The notes beneath the pieces were generated by a model. It searched no databases. It saw only the letters and a list, made by a program, of their open reading frames with translations, and was not told the DNA's origin. This document shows positions 43,166 to 57,600 of a stretch of DNA of 64,000 nt, piece by piece (the first letter of the stretch is position 1; the number at the start of each line of letters is the position of its first letter). This stretch comes from Paragordius varius (Eukaryota > Animalia > Nematomorpha). The stretch lies in NCBI GenBank assembly GCA_964247055.1, contig OZ176056.1, forward strand, positions 124,001 through 188,000, given 5' to 3'. The position numbers were made by a program, and so were the translations under genes.

Positions 43166-43839
43166 TTTTTAATTATTTAAAAAATTTATTTTATACGATT
43201 TTAAAAATAAAAATGGCTACCTAAAATCCAAATTTGATCAGGTGATGTCGCCATAATTTTTTTTGGGTAGCCCTATGGTAGTTCCATCATCACCCCAAAT
43301 ATTTTGGGGATCGGACTATAAATGTAATTTTTATGAATTTTTTAAATATTTAAAAAATTTATTTTATACGATTTTAAAAATAAAAATGGCTACCTAAAAT
43401 CCAAATTTGATCAGGTGATGTCGCCATAATTTTTTTTGGGTAGCCCTATGGTAGTTCCATCATCACCCCAAATATTTTGGGGATCGGACTATAAATGTAA
43501 TTTTTATGTATTTTTTATATTTTTTAAAAAATTTATTTTATACGATTTTAAAAATAAAAATGGCTTCCTAAAATCCAAATTTGATCAGGTGATGTCGCCA
43601 TAATTTTTGGGTAGCCCTATGGTAGTTCCATCATCACCCCAAATATTTTCGAGATTGGAGTATAAATGTAATTTTTATGAATTTTTTAAATATTTAAAAA
43701 ATTTATTTTATACGATTTTAAAAATAAAAATGGCTACCTAAAATCCAAATTTGATCAGGTGATGTCGCCATAATTTTTTTTGGGTAGCCCTATGGTAGTT
43801 CCATCATCATCCCAAATATTTTGGGGATCGACTATAAAT

Positions 43840-46800
43840 GTAATTTTTATGAATTTTTTAAATATTTAAAAAATTTATTTTATACGATTTTAAAAATAAA
43901 AATGGCTACCTAAAATCCAAATTTGATCAGGTGATGTCACCATAATTTTTTTTGGGTAGCCCTATGGTAGTTCCATCATCACCCCAAATATTGTCGAGAT
44001 CGGAGTATAAATGTAATTTTTTTGAATTTTTTAAATATTTAAAAAATTTATTTAATACGATTTTAAAAATAAAAATGGCTACCTAAAATCCAAATTTGAT
44101 CAGGTGATGTCACCATAATTTTTTTGGGTAGCCCTATGGTAGTTCCATTATCACCCCAAATATTTTCGAGATCGGAGTATAAATGTAATTTTTATGAATT
44201 TTTTAAATATTTAAAAAATTTATTTTATACGATTTTAAAAATAAAAATGGCTACCTAAAATCCAAATTTGATCAGGTGATGTCGCCATAATTTTTTTTGG
44301 GTAGCCCTATGGTAGTTCCATCATCACCCCAAATATTTTGGGGATCGGACTATAAATGTAATTTTTATGAATTTTTTAAATATTTAAAAAATTTATTTTA
44401 TACGATTTTAAAAATAAAAATGGCTACCTAAAATCCAAATTTGATCAGGTGATGTCGCCATAATTTTTTTTGGGTAGCCCTATGGTAGTTCCATCATCAC
44501 CCCAAATATTTTGGGGATCGGACTATAAATGTAATTTTTATGAATTTTTTAAATATTTAAAAAATTTATTTTATACGATTTTAAAAATAAAAATGGCTAC
44601 CTAAAATCCAAATTTGATCAGGTGATGTCGCCATAATTTTTTTTGGGTAGCCCTATGGTAGTTCCATCATCACCCCAAATATTTTGGGGATCGGACTATA
44701 AATGTAATTTTTATGAATTTTTTAAATATTTAAAAAATTTATTTTATACGATTTTAAAAATAAAAATGGCTACCTAAAATCCAAATTTGATCAGGTGATG
44801 TCGCCATAATTTTTTTTGGGTAGCCCTATGGTAGTTCCATCATCACCCCAAATATTTTGGGGATCGGACTATAAATGTAATTTTTATGAATTTTTTAAAT
44901 ATTCAAAAAATTTATTTTATACGATTTTAAAAATAAAAATGGCTACCTAAAATCCAAATTTGATCAGGTGATGTCGCCATAATTTTTTTTGGGTAGCCCT
45001 ATGGTAGTTCCATCATCACCCCAAATATTTTGGGGATCGGACTATAAATGTAATTTTTATGAATTTTTTAAATATTTAAAAAATTTATTTTATACGATTT
45101 TAAAAATAAAAATGGCTACCTAAAATCCAAATTTGATCAGGTGATGTCGCCATAATTTTTTTTGGGTAGCCCTATGGTAGTTCCATCATCACCCCAAATA
45201 TTTTGGGGATCGGACTATAAATGTAATTTTTATGAATTTTTTAAATATTTAAAAAATTTATTTTATACGATTTTAAAAATAAAAATGGCTACCTAAAATC
45301 CAAATTTGATCAGGTGATGTCGCCATAATTTTTGGATAGCCCTATGGTAGTTCCATCATCACCCCAAATATTTTCGAGATTGGAGTATAAATGTAATTTT
45401 TATGAATTTTTTAAATATTTAAAAAATTTATTTTATACGATTTTAAAAATAAAAATGGCTACCTAAAATCCAAATTTGATCAGGTGATGTCGCCATAATT
45501 TTTTTTGGGTAGCCCTATGGTAGTTCCATCATCACCCCAAATATTTTGGGGATCGGACTATAAATGTAATTTTTATGAATTTTTTAAATATTTAAAAAAT
45601 TTATTTTATACGATTTTAAAAATAAAAATGGCTACCTAAAATCCAAATTTGATCAGGTGATGTCACCATAATTTTTTTTGGGTAGCCCTATGGTAGTTCC
45701 ATCATCACCCCAAATATTGTCGAGATCGGAGTATAAATGTAATTTTTTTGAATTTTTTAAATATTTAAAAAATTTATTTAATACGATTTTAAAAATAAAA
45801 ATGGCTACCTAAAATCCAAATTTGATCAGGTGATGTCACCATAATTTTTTTTGGGTAGCCCTATGGTAGTTCCATTATCACCCCAAATATTTTCGAGATC
45901 GGAGTATAAATGTAATTTTTATGAATTTTTTAAATATTTAAAAAATTTATTTTATACGATTTTAAAAATAAAAATGGCTACCTAAAATCCAAATTTGATC
46001 AGGTGATGTCGCCATAATTTTTTTTGGGTAGCCCTATGGTAGTTCCATCATCACCCCAAATATTTTGGGGATCGGACTATAAATGTAATTTGTATGAATT
46101 TTTTAAATATTTAAAAAATTTATTTTATACGATTTTAAAAATAAAAATGGCTACCTAAAATCCAAATTTGATCAGGTGATGTCGCCATAATTTTTGGGTA
46201 GCCCTATGGTAGTTCCATCATCACCCCAAATATTTTCGAGATTGGAGTATAAATGTAATTTTTATGAATTTTTTAAATATTTAAAAAATTTATTTTATAC
46301 GATTTTAAAAATAAAAATGGCTACCTAAAACCCAAATTTGATCAGGTGATGTCACCATAATTTTTTTTGGGTAGCCCTATGGTAGTTCCATTATCACCCC
46401 AAATATTTTCGAGATCGGAGTATAAATGTAATTTTTTTGAATTTTTTAAATATTTAAAAAATTTATTTAATACGATTTTAAAAATAAAAATGGCTACCTA
46501 AAATCCAAATTTGATCAGGTGATGTCACCATAATTTTTTTTGGGTAGCCCTATGGTAGTTCCATCATCACCCCAAATATTTTGGGGATCGGACTATAAAT
46601 GTAATTTTTATGAATTTTTTAAATATTTAAAAAATTTATTTTATACGATTTTAAAAATAAAAATGGCTACCTAAAATCCAAATTTGATCAGGTGATGTCG
46701 CCATAATTTTTTTTGGGTAGCCCTATGGTAGTTCCATCATCACCCCAAATATTTTGGGGATCGGACTATAAATGTAATTTTTATGAATTTTTTAAATATT

Positions 46801-49800
46801 TAAAAAATTTATTTTATACGATTTTAAAAATAAAAATGGCTACCTAAAATCCAAATTTGATCAGATGATGTCGCCATAATTTTTTTTGGGTAGCCCTATG
46901 GTAGTTCCATCATCACCCCAAATATTTTGGGGATCGGACTATAAATGTAATTTTTATGAATTTTTTAAATATTCAAAAAATTTATTTTATACGATTTTAA
47001 AAATAAAAATGGCTACCTAAAATCCAAATTTGATCAGGTGATGTCGCCATAATTTTTTTTGGGTAGCCCTATGGTAGTTCCATCATCACCCCAAATATTT
47101 TGGGGATCGGACTATAAATGTAATTTTTATGAATTTTTTAAATATTTAAAAAATTTATTTTATACGATTTTAAAAATAAAAATGGCTACCTAAAATCCAA
47201 ATTTGATCAGGTGATGTCGCCATAATTTTTTTTGGGTAGCCCTATGGTAGTTCCATCATCACCCCAAATATTTTGGGGATCGGACTATAAATGTAATTTT
47301 TATGAATTTTTTAAATATTTAAAAAATTTATTTTATACGATTTTAAAAATAAAAATGGCTACCTAAAATCCAAATTTGATCAGGTGATGTCGCCATAATT
47401 TTTGGATAGCCCTATGGTAGTTCCATCATCACCCCAAATATTTTCGAGATTGGAGTATAAATGTAATTTTTATGAATTTTTTAAATATTTAAAAAATTTA
47501 TTTTATACGATTTTAAAAATAAAAATGGCTACCTAAAATCCAAATTTGATCAGGTGATGTCGCCATAATTTTTTTTGGGTAGCCCTATGGTAGTTCCATC
47601 ATCACCCCAAATATTTTGGGGATCGACTATAAATGTAATTTTTATGAATTTTTTAAATATTTAAAAAATTTATTTTATACGATTTTAAAAATAAAAATGG
47701 CTACCTAAAATCCAAATTTGATCAGGTGATGTCACCATAATTTTTTTTGGGTAGCCCTATGGTAGTTCCATCATCACCCCAAATATTGTCGAGATCGGAG
47801 TATAAATGTAATTTTTTTGAATTTTTTAAATATTTAAAAAATTTATTTAATACGATTTTAAAAATAAAAATGGCTACCTAAAATCCAAATTTGATCAGGT
47901 GATGTCACCATAATTTTTTTTGGGTAGCCCTATGGTAGTTCCATTATCACCCCAAATATTTTCGAGATCGGAGTATAAATGTAATTTTTATGAATTTTTT
48001 AAATATTTAAAAAATTTATTTTATACGATTTTAAAAATAAAAATGGCTACCTAAAATCCAAATTTGATCAGGTGATGTCGCCATAATTTTTTTTGGGTAG
48101 CCCTATGGTAGTTCCATCATCACCCCAAATATTTTGGGGATCGGACTATAAATGTAATTTGTATGAATTTTTTAAATATTTAAAAAATTTATTTTATACG
48201 ATTTTAAAAATAAAAATGGCTACCTAAAATCCAAATTTGATCAGGTGATGTCACCATAATTTTTTTTGGGTAGCCCTATGGTAGTTCCATCATCACCCCA
48301 AATATTTTCGAGATCGGAGTATAAATGTAATTTTTATGATTTTTTTAAATATTTAGAAAATTTATTTTATACGATTTTAAAAATAAAAATGGCTACCTAA
48401 AATCCAAATTTGATCAGGTGATGTGGCCATAATTTTTGGGTAGCCCTATGGTAGTTCCATCATCACCCCAAATATTTTCGAGATTGGAGTATAAATGTAA
48501 TTTTTATGAATTTTTTAAATATTTAAAAAATTTATTTTATACGATTTTAAAAATAAAAATGGCTACCTAAAATCCAAATTTGATCAGGTGATGTCACCAT
48601 AATTTTTTTTGGGTAGCCCTATGGTAGTTCCATTATCACCCCAAATATTTTCGAGATCGGAGTATAAATGTAATTTTTTTGAATTTTTTAAATATTTAAA
48701 AAATTTATTTAATACGATTTTAAAAATAAAAATGGCTACCTAAAATCCAAATTTGATCAGGTGATGTCACCATAATTTTTTTTGGGTAGCCCTATGGTAG
48801 TTCCATCATCACCCCAAATATTTTGGGGATCGGACTATAAATGTAATTTTTATGAATTTTTTAAATATTTAAAAAATTTATTTTATACGATTTTAAAAAT
48901 AAAAATGGCTACCTAAAATCCAAATTTGATCAGGTGATGTCACCATAATTTTTTTTGGGTAGCCCTATGGTAGTTCCATCATCACCCCAAATATTGTCGA
49001 GATCGGAGTATAAATGTAATTTTTTTGAATTTTTTAAATATTTAAAAAATTTATTTAATACGATTTTAAAAATAAAAATGGCTACCTAAAATCCAAATTT
49101 GATCAGGTGATGTCACCATAATTTTTTTGGGTAGCCCTATGGTAGTTCCATTATCACCCCAAATATTTTCGAGATCGGAGTATAAATGTAATTTTTATGA
49201 ATTTTTTAAATATTTAAAAAATTTATTTTATACGATTTTAAAAATAAAAATGGCTACCTAAAATCCAAATTTGATCAGGTGATGTCGCCATAATTTTTTT
49301 TGGGTAGCCCTATGGTAGTTCCATCATCACCCCAAATATTTTGGGGATCGGACTATAAATGTAATTTTTATGAATTTTTTAAATATTTAAAAAATTTATT
49401 TTATACGATTTTAAAAATAAAAATGGCTACCTAAAATCCAAATTTGATCAGGTGATGTCGCCATAATTTTTTTTGGGTAGCCCTATGGTAGTTCCATCAT
49501 CACCCCAAATATTTTGGGGATCGGACTATAAATGTAATTTTTATGAATTTTTTAAATATTTAAAAAATTTATTTTATACGATTTTAAAAATAAAAATGGC
49601 TACCTAAAATCCAAATTTGATCAGGTGATGTCGCCATAATTTTTTTTGGGTAGCCCTATGGTAGTTCCATCATCACCCCAAATATTTTGGGGATCGGACT
49701 ATAAATGTAATTTTTATGAATTTTTTAAATATTTAAAAAATTTATTTTATACGATTTTAAAAATAAAAATGGCTACCTAAAATCCAAATTTGATCAGGTG

Positions 49801-52800
49801 ATGTCGCCATAATTTTTTTTGGGTAGCCCTATGGTAGTTCCATCATCACCCCAAATATTTTGGGGATCGGACTATAAATGTAATTTTTATGAATTTTTTA
49901 AATATTCAAAAAATTTATTTTATACGATTTTAAAAATAAAAATGGCTACCTAAAATCCAAATTTGATCAGGTGATGTCGCCATAATTTTTTTTGGGTAGC
50001 CCTATGGTAGTTCCATCATCACCCCAAATATTTTGGGGATCGGACTATAAATGTAATTTTTATGAATTTTTTAAATATTTAAAAAATTTATTTTATACGA
50101 TTTTAAAAATAAAAATGGCTACCTAAAATCCAAATTTGATCAGGTGATGTCGCCATAATTTTTTTTGGGTAGCCCTATGGTAGTTCCATCATCACCCCAA
50201 ATATTTTGGGGATCGGACTATAAATGTAATTTTTATGAATTTTTTAAATATTTAAAAAATTTATTTTATACGATTTTAAAAATAAAAATGGCTACCTAAA
50301 ATCCAAATTTGATCAGGTGATGTCGCCATAATTTTTGGATAGCCCTATGGTAGTTCCATCATCACCCCAAATATTTTCGAGATTGGAGTATAAATGTAAT
50401 TTTTATGAATTTTTTAAATATTTAAAAAATTTATTTTATACGATTTTAAAAATAAAAATGGCTACCTAAAATCCAAATTTGATCAGGTGATGTCGCCATA
50501 ATTTTTTTTGGGTAGCCCTATGGTAGTTCCATCATCACCCCAAATATTTTGGGGATCGGACTATAAATGTAATTTTTATGAATTTTTTAAATATTTAAAA
50601 AATTTATTTTATACGATTTTAAAAATAAAAATGGCTACCTAAAATCCAAATTTGATCAGGTGATGTCACCATAATTTTTTTTGGGTAGCCCTATGGTAGT
50701 TCCATCATCACCCCAAATATTGTCGAGATCGGAGTATAAATGTAATTTTTTTGAATTTTTTAAATATTTAAAAAATTTATTTAATACGATTTTAAAAATA
50801 AAAATGGCTACCTAAAATCCAAATTTGATCAGGTGATGTCACCATAATTTTTTTTGGGTAGCCCTATGGTAGTTCCATTATCACCCCAAATATTTTCGAG
50901 ATCGGAGTATAAATGTAATTTTTATGAATTTTTTAAATATTTAAAAAATTTATTTTATACGATTTTAAAAATAAAAATGGCTACCTAAAATCCAAATTTG
51001 ATCAGGTGATGTCGCCATAATTTTTTTTGGGTAGCCCTATGGTAGTTCCATCATCACCCCAAATATTTTGGGGATCGGACTATAAATGTAATTTGTATGA
51101 ATTTTTTAAATATTTAAAAAATTTATTTTATACGATTTTAAAAATAAAAATGGCTACCTAAAATCCAAATTTGATCAGGTGATGTCGCCATAATTTTTGG
51201 GTAGCCCTATGGTAGTTCCATCATCACCCCAAATATTTTCGAGATTGGAGTATAAATGTAATTTTTATGAATTTTTTAAATATTTAAAAAATTTATTTTA
51301 TACGATTTTAAAAATAAAAATGGCTACCTAAAACCCAAATTTGATCAGGTGATGTCACCATAATTTTTTTTGGGTAGCCCTATGGTAGTTCCATTATCAC
51401 CCCAAATATTTTCGAGATCGGAGTATAAATGTAATTTTTTTGAATTTTTTAAATATTTAAAAAATTTATTTAATACGATTTTAAAAATAAAAATGGCTAC
51501 CTAAAATCCAAATTTGATCAGGTGATGTCACCATAATTTTTTTTGGGTAGCCCTATGGTAGTTCCATCATCACCCCAAATATTTTGGGGATCGGACTATA
51601 AATGTAATTTTTATGAATTTTTTAAATATTTAAAAAATTTATTTTATACGATTTTAAAAATAAAAATGGCTACCTAAAATCCAAATTTGATCAGGTGATG
51701 TCGCCATAATTTTTTTTGGGTAGCCCTATGGTAGTTCCATCATCACCCCAAATATTTTGGGGATCGGACTATAAATGTAATTTTTATGAATTTTTTAAAT
51801 ATTTAAAAAATTTATTTTATACGATTTTAAAAATAAAAATGGCTACCTAAAATCCAAATTTGATCAGGTGATGTCGCCATAATTTTTTTTGGGTAGCCCT
51901 ATGGTAGTTCCATCATCACCCCAAATATTTTGGGGATCGGACTATAAATGTAATTTTTATGAATTTTTTAAATATTTAAAAAATTTATTTTATACGATTT
52001 TAAAAATAAAAATGGCTACCTAAAATCCAAATTTGATCAGGTGATGTCGCCATAATTTTTGGATAGCCCTATGGTAGTTCCATCATCACCCCAAATATTT
52101 TCGAGATTGGAGTATAAATGTAATTTTTATGAATTTTTTAAATATTTAAAAAATTTATTTTATACGATTTTAAAAATAAAAATGGCTACCTAAAATCCAA
52201 ATTTGATCAGGTGATGTCGCCATAATTTTTTTTGGGTAGCCCTATGGTAGTTCCATCATCACCCCAAATATTTTGGGGATCGACTATAAATGTAATTTTT
52301 ATGAATTTTTTAAATATTTAAAAAATTTATTTTATACGATTTTAAAAATAAAAATGGCTACCTAAAATCCAAATTTGATCAGGTGATGTCACCATAATTT
52401 TTTTTGGGTAGCCCTATGGTAGTTCCATCATCACCCCAAATATTGTCGAGATCGGAGTATAAATGTAATTTTTTTGAATTTTTTAAATATTTAAAAAATT
52501 TATTTAATACGATTTTAAAAATAAAAATGGCTACCTAAAATCCAAATTTGATCAGGTGATGTCACCATAATTTTTTTTGGGTAGCCCTATGGTAGTTCCA
52601 TTATCACCCCAAATATTTTCGAGATCGGAGTATAAATGTAATTTTTATGAATTTTTTAAATATTTAAAAAATTTATTTTATACGATTTTAAAAATAAAAA
52701 TGGCTACCTAAAATCCAAATTTGATCAGGTGATGTCGCCATAATTTTTTTTGGGTAGCCCTATGGTAGTTCCATCATCACCCCAAATATTTTGGGGATCG

Positions 52801-53590
52801 GACTATAAATGTAATTTGTATGAATTTTTTAAATATTTAAAAAATTTATTTTATACGATTTTAAAAATAAAAATGGCTACCTAAAATCCAAATTTGATCA
52901 GGTGATGTCACCATAATTTTTTTTGGGTAGCCCTATGGTAGTTCCATCATCACCCCAAATATTTTCGAGATCGGAGTATAAATGTAATTTTTATGATTTT
53001 TTTAAATATTTAGAAAATTTATTTTATACGATTTTAAAAATAAAAATGGCTACCTAAAATCCAAATTTGATCAGGTGATGTGGCCATAATTTTTGGGTAG
53101 CCCTATGGTAGTTCCATCATCACCCCAAATATTTTCGAGATTGGAGTATAAATGTAATTTTTATGAATTTTTTAAATATTTAAAAAATTTATTTTATACG
53201 ATTTTAAAAATAAAAATGGCTACCTAAAATCCAAATTTGATCAGGTGATGTCACCATAATTTTTTTTGGGTAGCCCTATGGTAGTTCCATTATCACCCCA
53301 AATATTTTCGAGATCGGAGTATAAATGTAATTTTTTTGAATTTTTTAAATATTTAAAAAATTTATTTAATACGATTTTAAAAATAAAAATGGCTACCTAA
53401 AATCCAAATTTGATCAGGTGATGTCACCATAATTTTTTTTGGGTAGCCCTATGGTAGTTCCATCATCACCCCAAATATTTTGGGGATCGGACTATAAATG
53501 TAATTTTTATGAATTTTTTAAATATTTAAAAAATTTATTTTATACGATTTTAAAAATAAAAATGGCTACCTAAAATCCAAATTTGATCAG
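43840..53590. repeat. Tandem duplication of an ~5-kb (29-monomer) unit; second copy lacks two monomers
   Basis: Offset +5003 at 44126/49129, 44904/49907, 45334/50337 and 46331/51334. Offset +4657 (=5003-2x173) at 47404/52061, 47624/52281 and 48425/53082. Confidence 0.92.
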
Positions 53591-53599
53591 GTGATGTCG

Positions 53600-56500
53600 C
53601 CATAATTTTTTTGGGTAGCCCTATGGTAGTTCCATCATCACCCCAAATATTTTGGGGATCGGACTATAAATGTAATTTTTATGAATTTTTTAAATATTTA
53701 AAAAATTTATTTTATACGATTTTAAAAATAAAAATGGCTACCTAAAATCCAAATTTGATCAGGTGATGTCGCCATAATTTTTTTTGGGTAGCCCTATGGT
53801 AGTTCCATCATCACCCCAAATATTTTCGAGATCGGAGTATAAATGTAATTTTTATGATTTTTTTAAATATTTAGAAAATTTATTTTATACGATTTTAAAA
53901 ATAAAAATGGCTACCTAAAATCCAAATTTGATCAGGTGATGTCGCCATAATTTTTGGGTAGCCCTATGGTAGTTCCATCATCACCCCAAATATTTTCGAG
54001 ATTGGAGTATAAATGTAATTTTTATGAATTTTTTAAATATTTAAAAAATTTATTTTATACGATTTTAAAAATAAAAATGGCTACCTAAAATCCAAATTTG
54101 ATCAGGTGATGTCACCATAATTTTTTTTGGGTAGCCCTATGGTAGTTCCATTATCACCCCAAATATTTTCGAGATCGGAGTATAAATGTAATTTTTTTGA
54201 ATTTTTTAAATATTTAAAAAATTTATTTAATACGATTTTAAAAATAAAAATGGCTACCTAAAATCCAAATTTGATCAGGTGATGTCACCATAATTTTTTT
54301 TGGGTAGCCCTATGGTAGTTCCATCCTCACCCCAAATATTTTGGGGATCGGACTATAAATGTAATTTTTATGAATTTTTTAAATATTTAAAAAATTTATT
54401 TTATACGATTTTAAAAATAAAAATGGCTACCTAAAATCCAAATTTGATCAGGTGATGTCGCCATAATTTTTTTGGGTAGCCCTATGGTAGTTCCATCATC
54501 ACCCCAAATATTTTGGGGATCGGACTATAAATGTAATTTTTATGAATTTTTTAAATATTTAAAAAATTTATTTTATACGATTTTAAAAATAAAAATGGCT
54601 ACCTAAAATCCAAATTTGATCAGGTGATGTCGCCATAATTTTTTTTGGGTAGCCCTATGGTAGTTCCATCATCACCCCAAATATTTTGGGGATCGGACTA
54701 TAAATGTAATTTTGAATTTTTTAAATATTTAAAAAATTTATTTTATACGATTTTAAAAATAAAAATGGCTACCTAAAATCCAAATTTGATCAGGTGATGT
54801 CGCCATAATTTTTGGGTAGCCATATGGTAGTTCCATCATCACCCCAAATATTTTCGAGATTGGAGTATAAATGTAATTTTTATGAATTTTTTAAATATTT
54901 AAAAAATTTATTTTATACGATTTTAAAAATAAAAATGGCTACCTAAAATCCAAATTTGATCAGGTGATGTCGCCATAATTTTTTTTGGGTAGCCCTATGG
55001 TAGTTCCATCATCACCCCAAATATTTTGGGGATCGGACTATAAATGTAATTTTTATGAATTTTTTAAATATTTAAAAAATTTATTTTATACGATTTTAAA
55101 AATAAAAATGGCTACCTAAAATCCAAATTTGATCAGGTGATGTCACCATAATTTTTTTTGGGTAGCCCTATGGTAGTTCCATCATCACCCCAAATATTGT
55201 CGAGATCGGAGTATAAATGTAATTTTTTTGAATTTTTTAAATATTTAAAAAATTTATTTAATACGATTTTAAAAATAAAAATGGCTACCTAAAATCCAAA
55301 TTTGATCAGGTGATGTCACCATAATTTTTTTTGGGTAGCCCTATGGTAGTTCCATTATCACCCCAAATATTTTCGAGATCGGAGTATAAATGTAATTTTT
55401 ATGAATTTTTTAAATATTTAAAAAATTTATTTTATACGATTTTAAAAATAAAAATGGCTACCTAAAATCCAAATTTGATCAGGTGATGTCGCCATAATTT
55501 TTTTTGGGTAGCCCTATGGTAGTTCCATCATCACCCCAAATATTTTGGGGATCGGACTATAAATGTAATTTTTATGAATTTTTTAAATATTTAAAAAATT
55601 TATTTTATACGATTTTAAAAATAAAAATGGCTACCTAAAATCCAAATTTGATCAGGTGATATCGCCATAATTTTTTTGGGTAGCCCTATGGTAGTTCCAT
55701 CATCACCCCAAATATTTTGGGGATCGGACTATAAATGTAATTTTTATGAATTTTTTAAATATTTAAAAAATTTATTTTATACGATTTTAAAAATAAAAAT
55801 GGCTACCTAAAATCCAAATTTGATCAGGTGATGTCGCCATAATTTTTTTTGGGTAGCCCTATGGTAGTTCCATCATCACCCCAAATATTTTCGAGATCGG
55901 AGTATAAATGTAATTTTTATGATTTTTTTAAATATTTAGAAAATTTATTTTATACGATTTTAAAAATAAAAATGGCTACCTAAAATCCAAATTTGATCAG
56001 GTGATGTCGCCATAATTTTTGGGTAGCCCTATGGTAGTTCCATCATCACCCCAAATATTTTCGAGATTGGAGTATAAATGTAATTTTTATGAATTTTTTA
56101 AATATTTAAAAAATTTATTTTATACGATTTTAAAAATAAAAATGGCTACCTAAAATCCAAATTTGATCAGGTGATGTCACCATAATTTTTTTTGGGTAGC
56201 CCTATGGTAGTTCCATCATCACCCCAAATATTTTCGAGATCGGAGTATAAATGTAATTTTTTTGAATTTTTTAAATATTTAAAAAATTTATTTAATACGA
56301 TTTTAAAAATAAAAATGGCTACCTAAAATCCAAATTTGATCAGGTGATGTCACCATAATTTTTTTTGGGTAGCCCTATGGTAGTTCCATCATCACCCCAA
56401 ATATTTTGGGGATCGGACTATAAATGTAATTTTTATGAATTTTTTAAATATTTAAAAAATTTATTTTATACGATTTTAAAAATAAAAATGGCTACCTAAA

Positions 56501-57600
56501 ATCCAAATTTGATCAGGTGATGTCGCCATAATTTTTTTGGGTAGCCCTATGGTAGTTCCATCATCACCCCAAATATTTTGGGGATCGGACTATAAATGTA
56601 ATTTTTATGAATTTTTTAAATATTTAAAAAATTTATTTTATACGATTTTAAAAATAAAAATGGCTACCTAAAATCCAAATTTGATCAGGTGATGTCGCCA
56701 TAATTTTTTTTGGGTAGCCCTATGGTAGTTCCATCATCACCCCAAATATTTTGGGGATCGGACTATAAATGTAATTTTGAATTTTTTAAATATTTAAAAA
56801 ATTTATTTTATACGATTTTAAAAATAAAAATGGCTACCTAAAATCCAAATTTGATCAGGTGATGTCGCCATAATTTTTGGGTAGCCCTATGGTAGTTCCA
56901 TCATCACCCCAAATATTTACGAGATTGGAGTATAAATGTAATTTTTATGAATTTTTTAAATATTTAAAAAATTTATTTTATACGATTTTAAAAATAAAAA
57001 TGGCTACCTAAAATCCAAATTTGATCAGGTGATGTCGCCATAATTTTTTTTGGGTAGCCCTATGGTAGTTCCATCATCACCCCAAATATTTTGGGGATCG
57101 GACTATAAATGTAATTTTTATGAATTTTTTAAATATTTAAAAAATTTATTTTATACGATTTTAAAAATAAAAATGGCTACCTAAAATCCAAATTTGATCA
57201 GGTGATGTCACCATAATTTTTTTTGGGTAGCCCTATGGTAGTTCCATCATCACCCCAAATATTGTCGAGATCGGAGTATAAATGTAATTTTTTTGAATTT
57301 TTTAAATATTTAAAAAATTTATTTAATACGATTTTAAAAATAAAAATGGCTACCTAAAATCCAAATTTGATCAGGTGATGTCACCATAATTTTTTTTGGG
57401 TAGCCCTATGGTAGTTCCATTATCACCCCAAATATTTTCGAGATCGGAGTATAAATGTAATTTTTATGAATTTTTTAAATATTTAAAAAATTTATTTTAT
57501 ACGATTTTAAAAATAAAAATGGCTACCTAAAATCCAAATTTGATCAGGTGATGTCGCCATAATTTTTTTTGGGTAGCCCTATGGTAGTTCCATCATCACC
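53600..57600. repeat. Tandem duplication of a 12-monomer unit (2065 bp)
   Basis: Offset +2065 at 53613/55678, 53874/55939, 54474/56539 and 54714/56779 (3-bp deletion GTAATTTTGAA). Confidence 0.91.
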
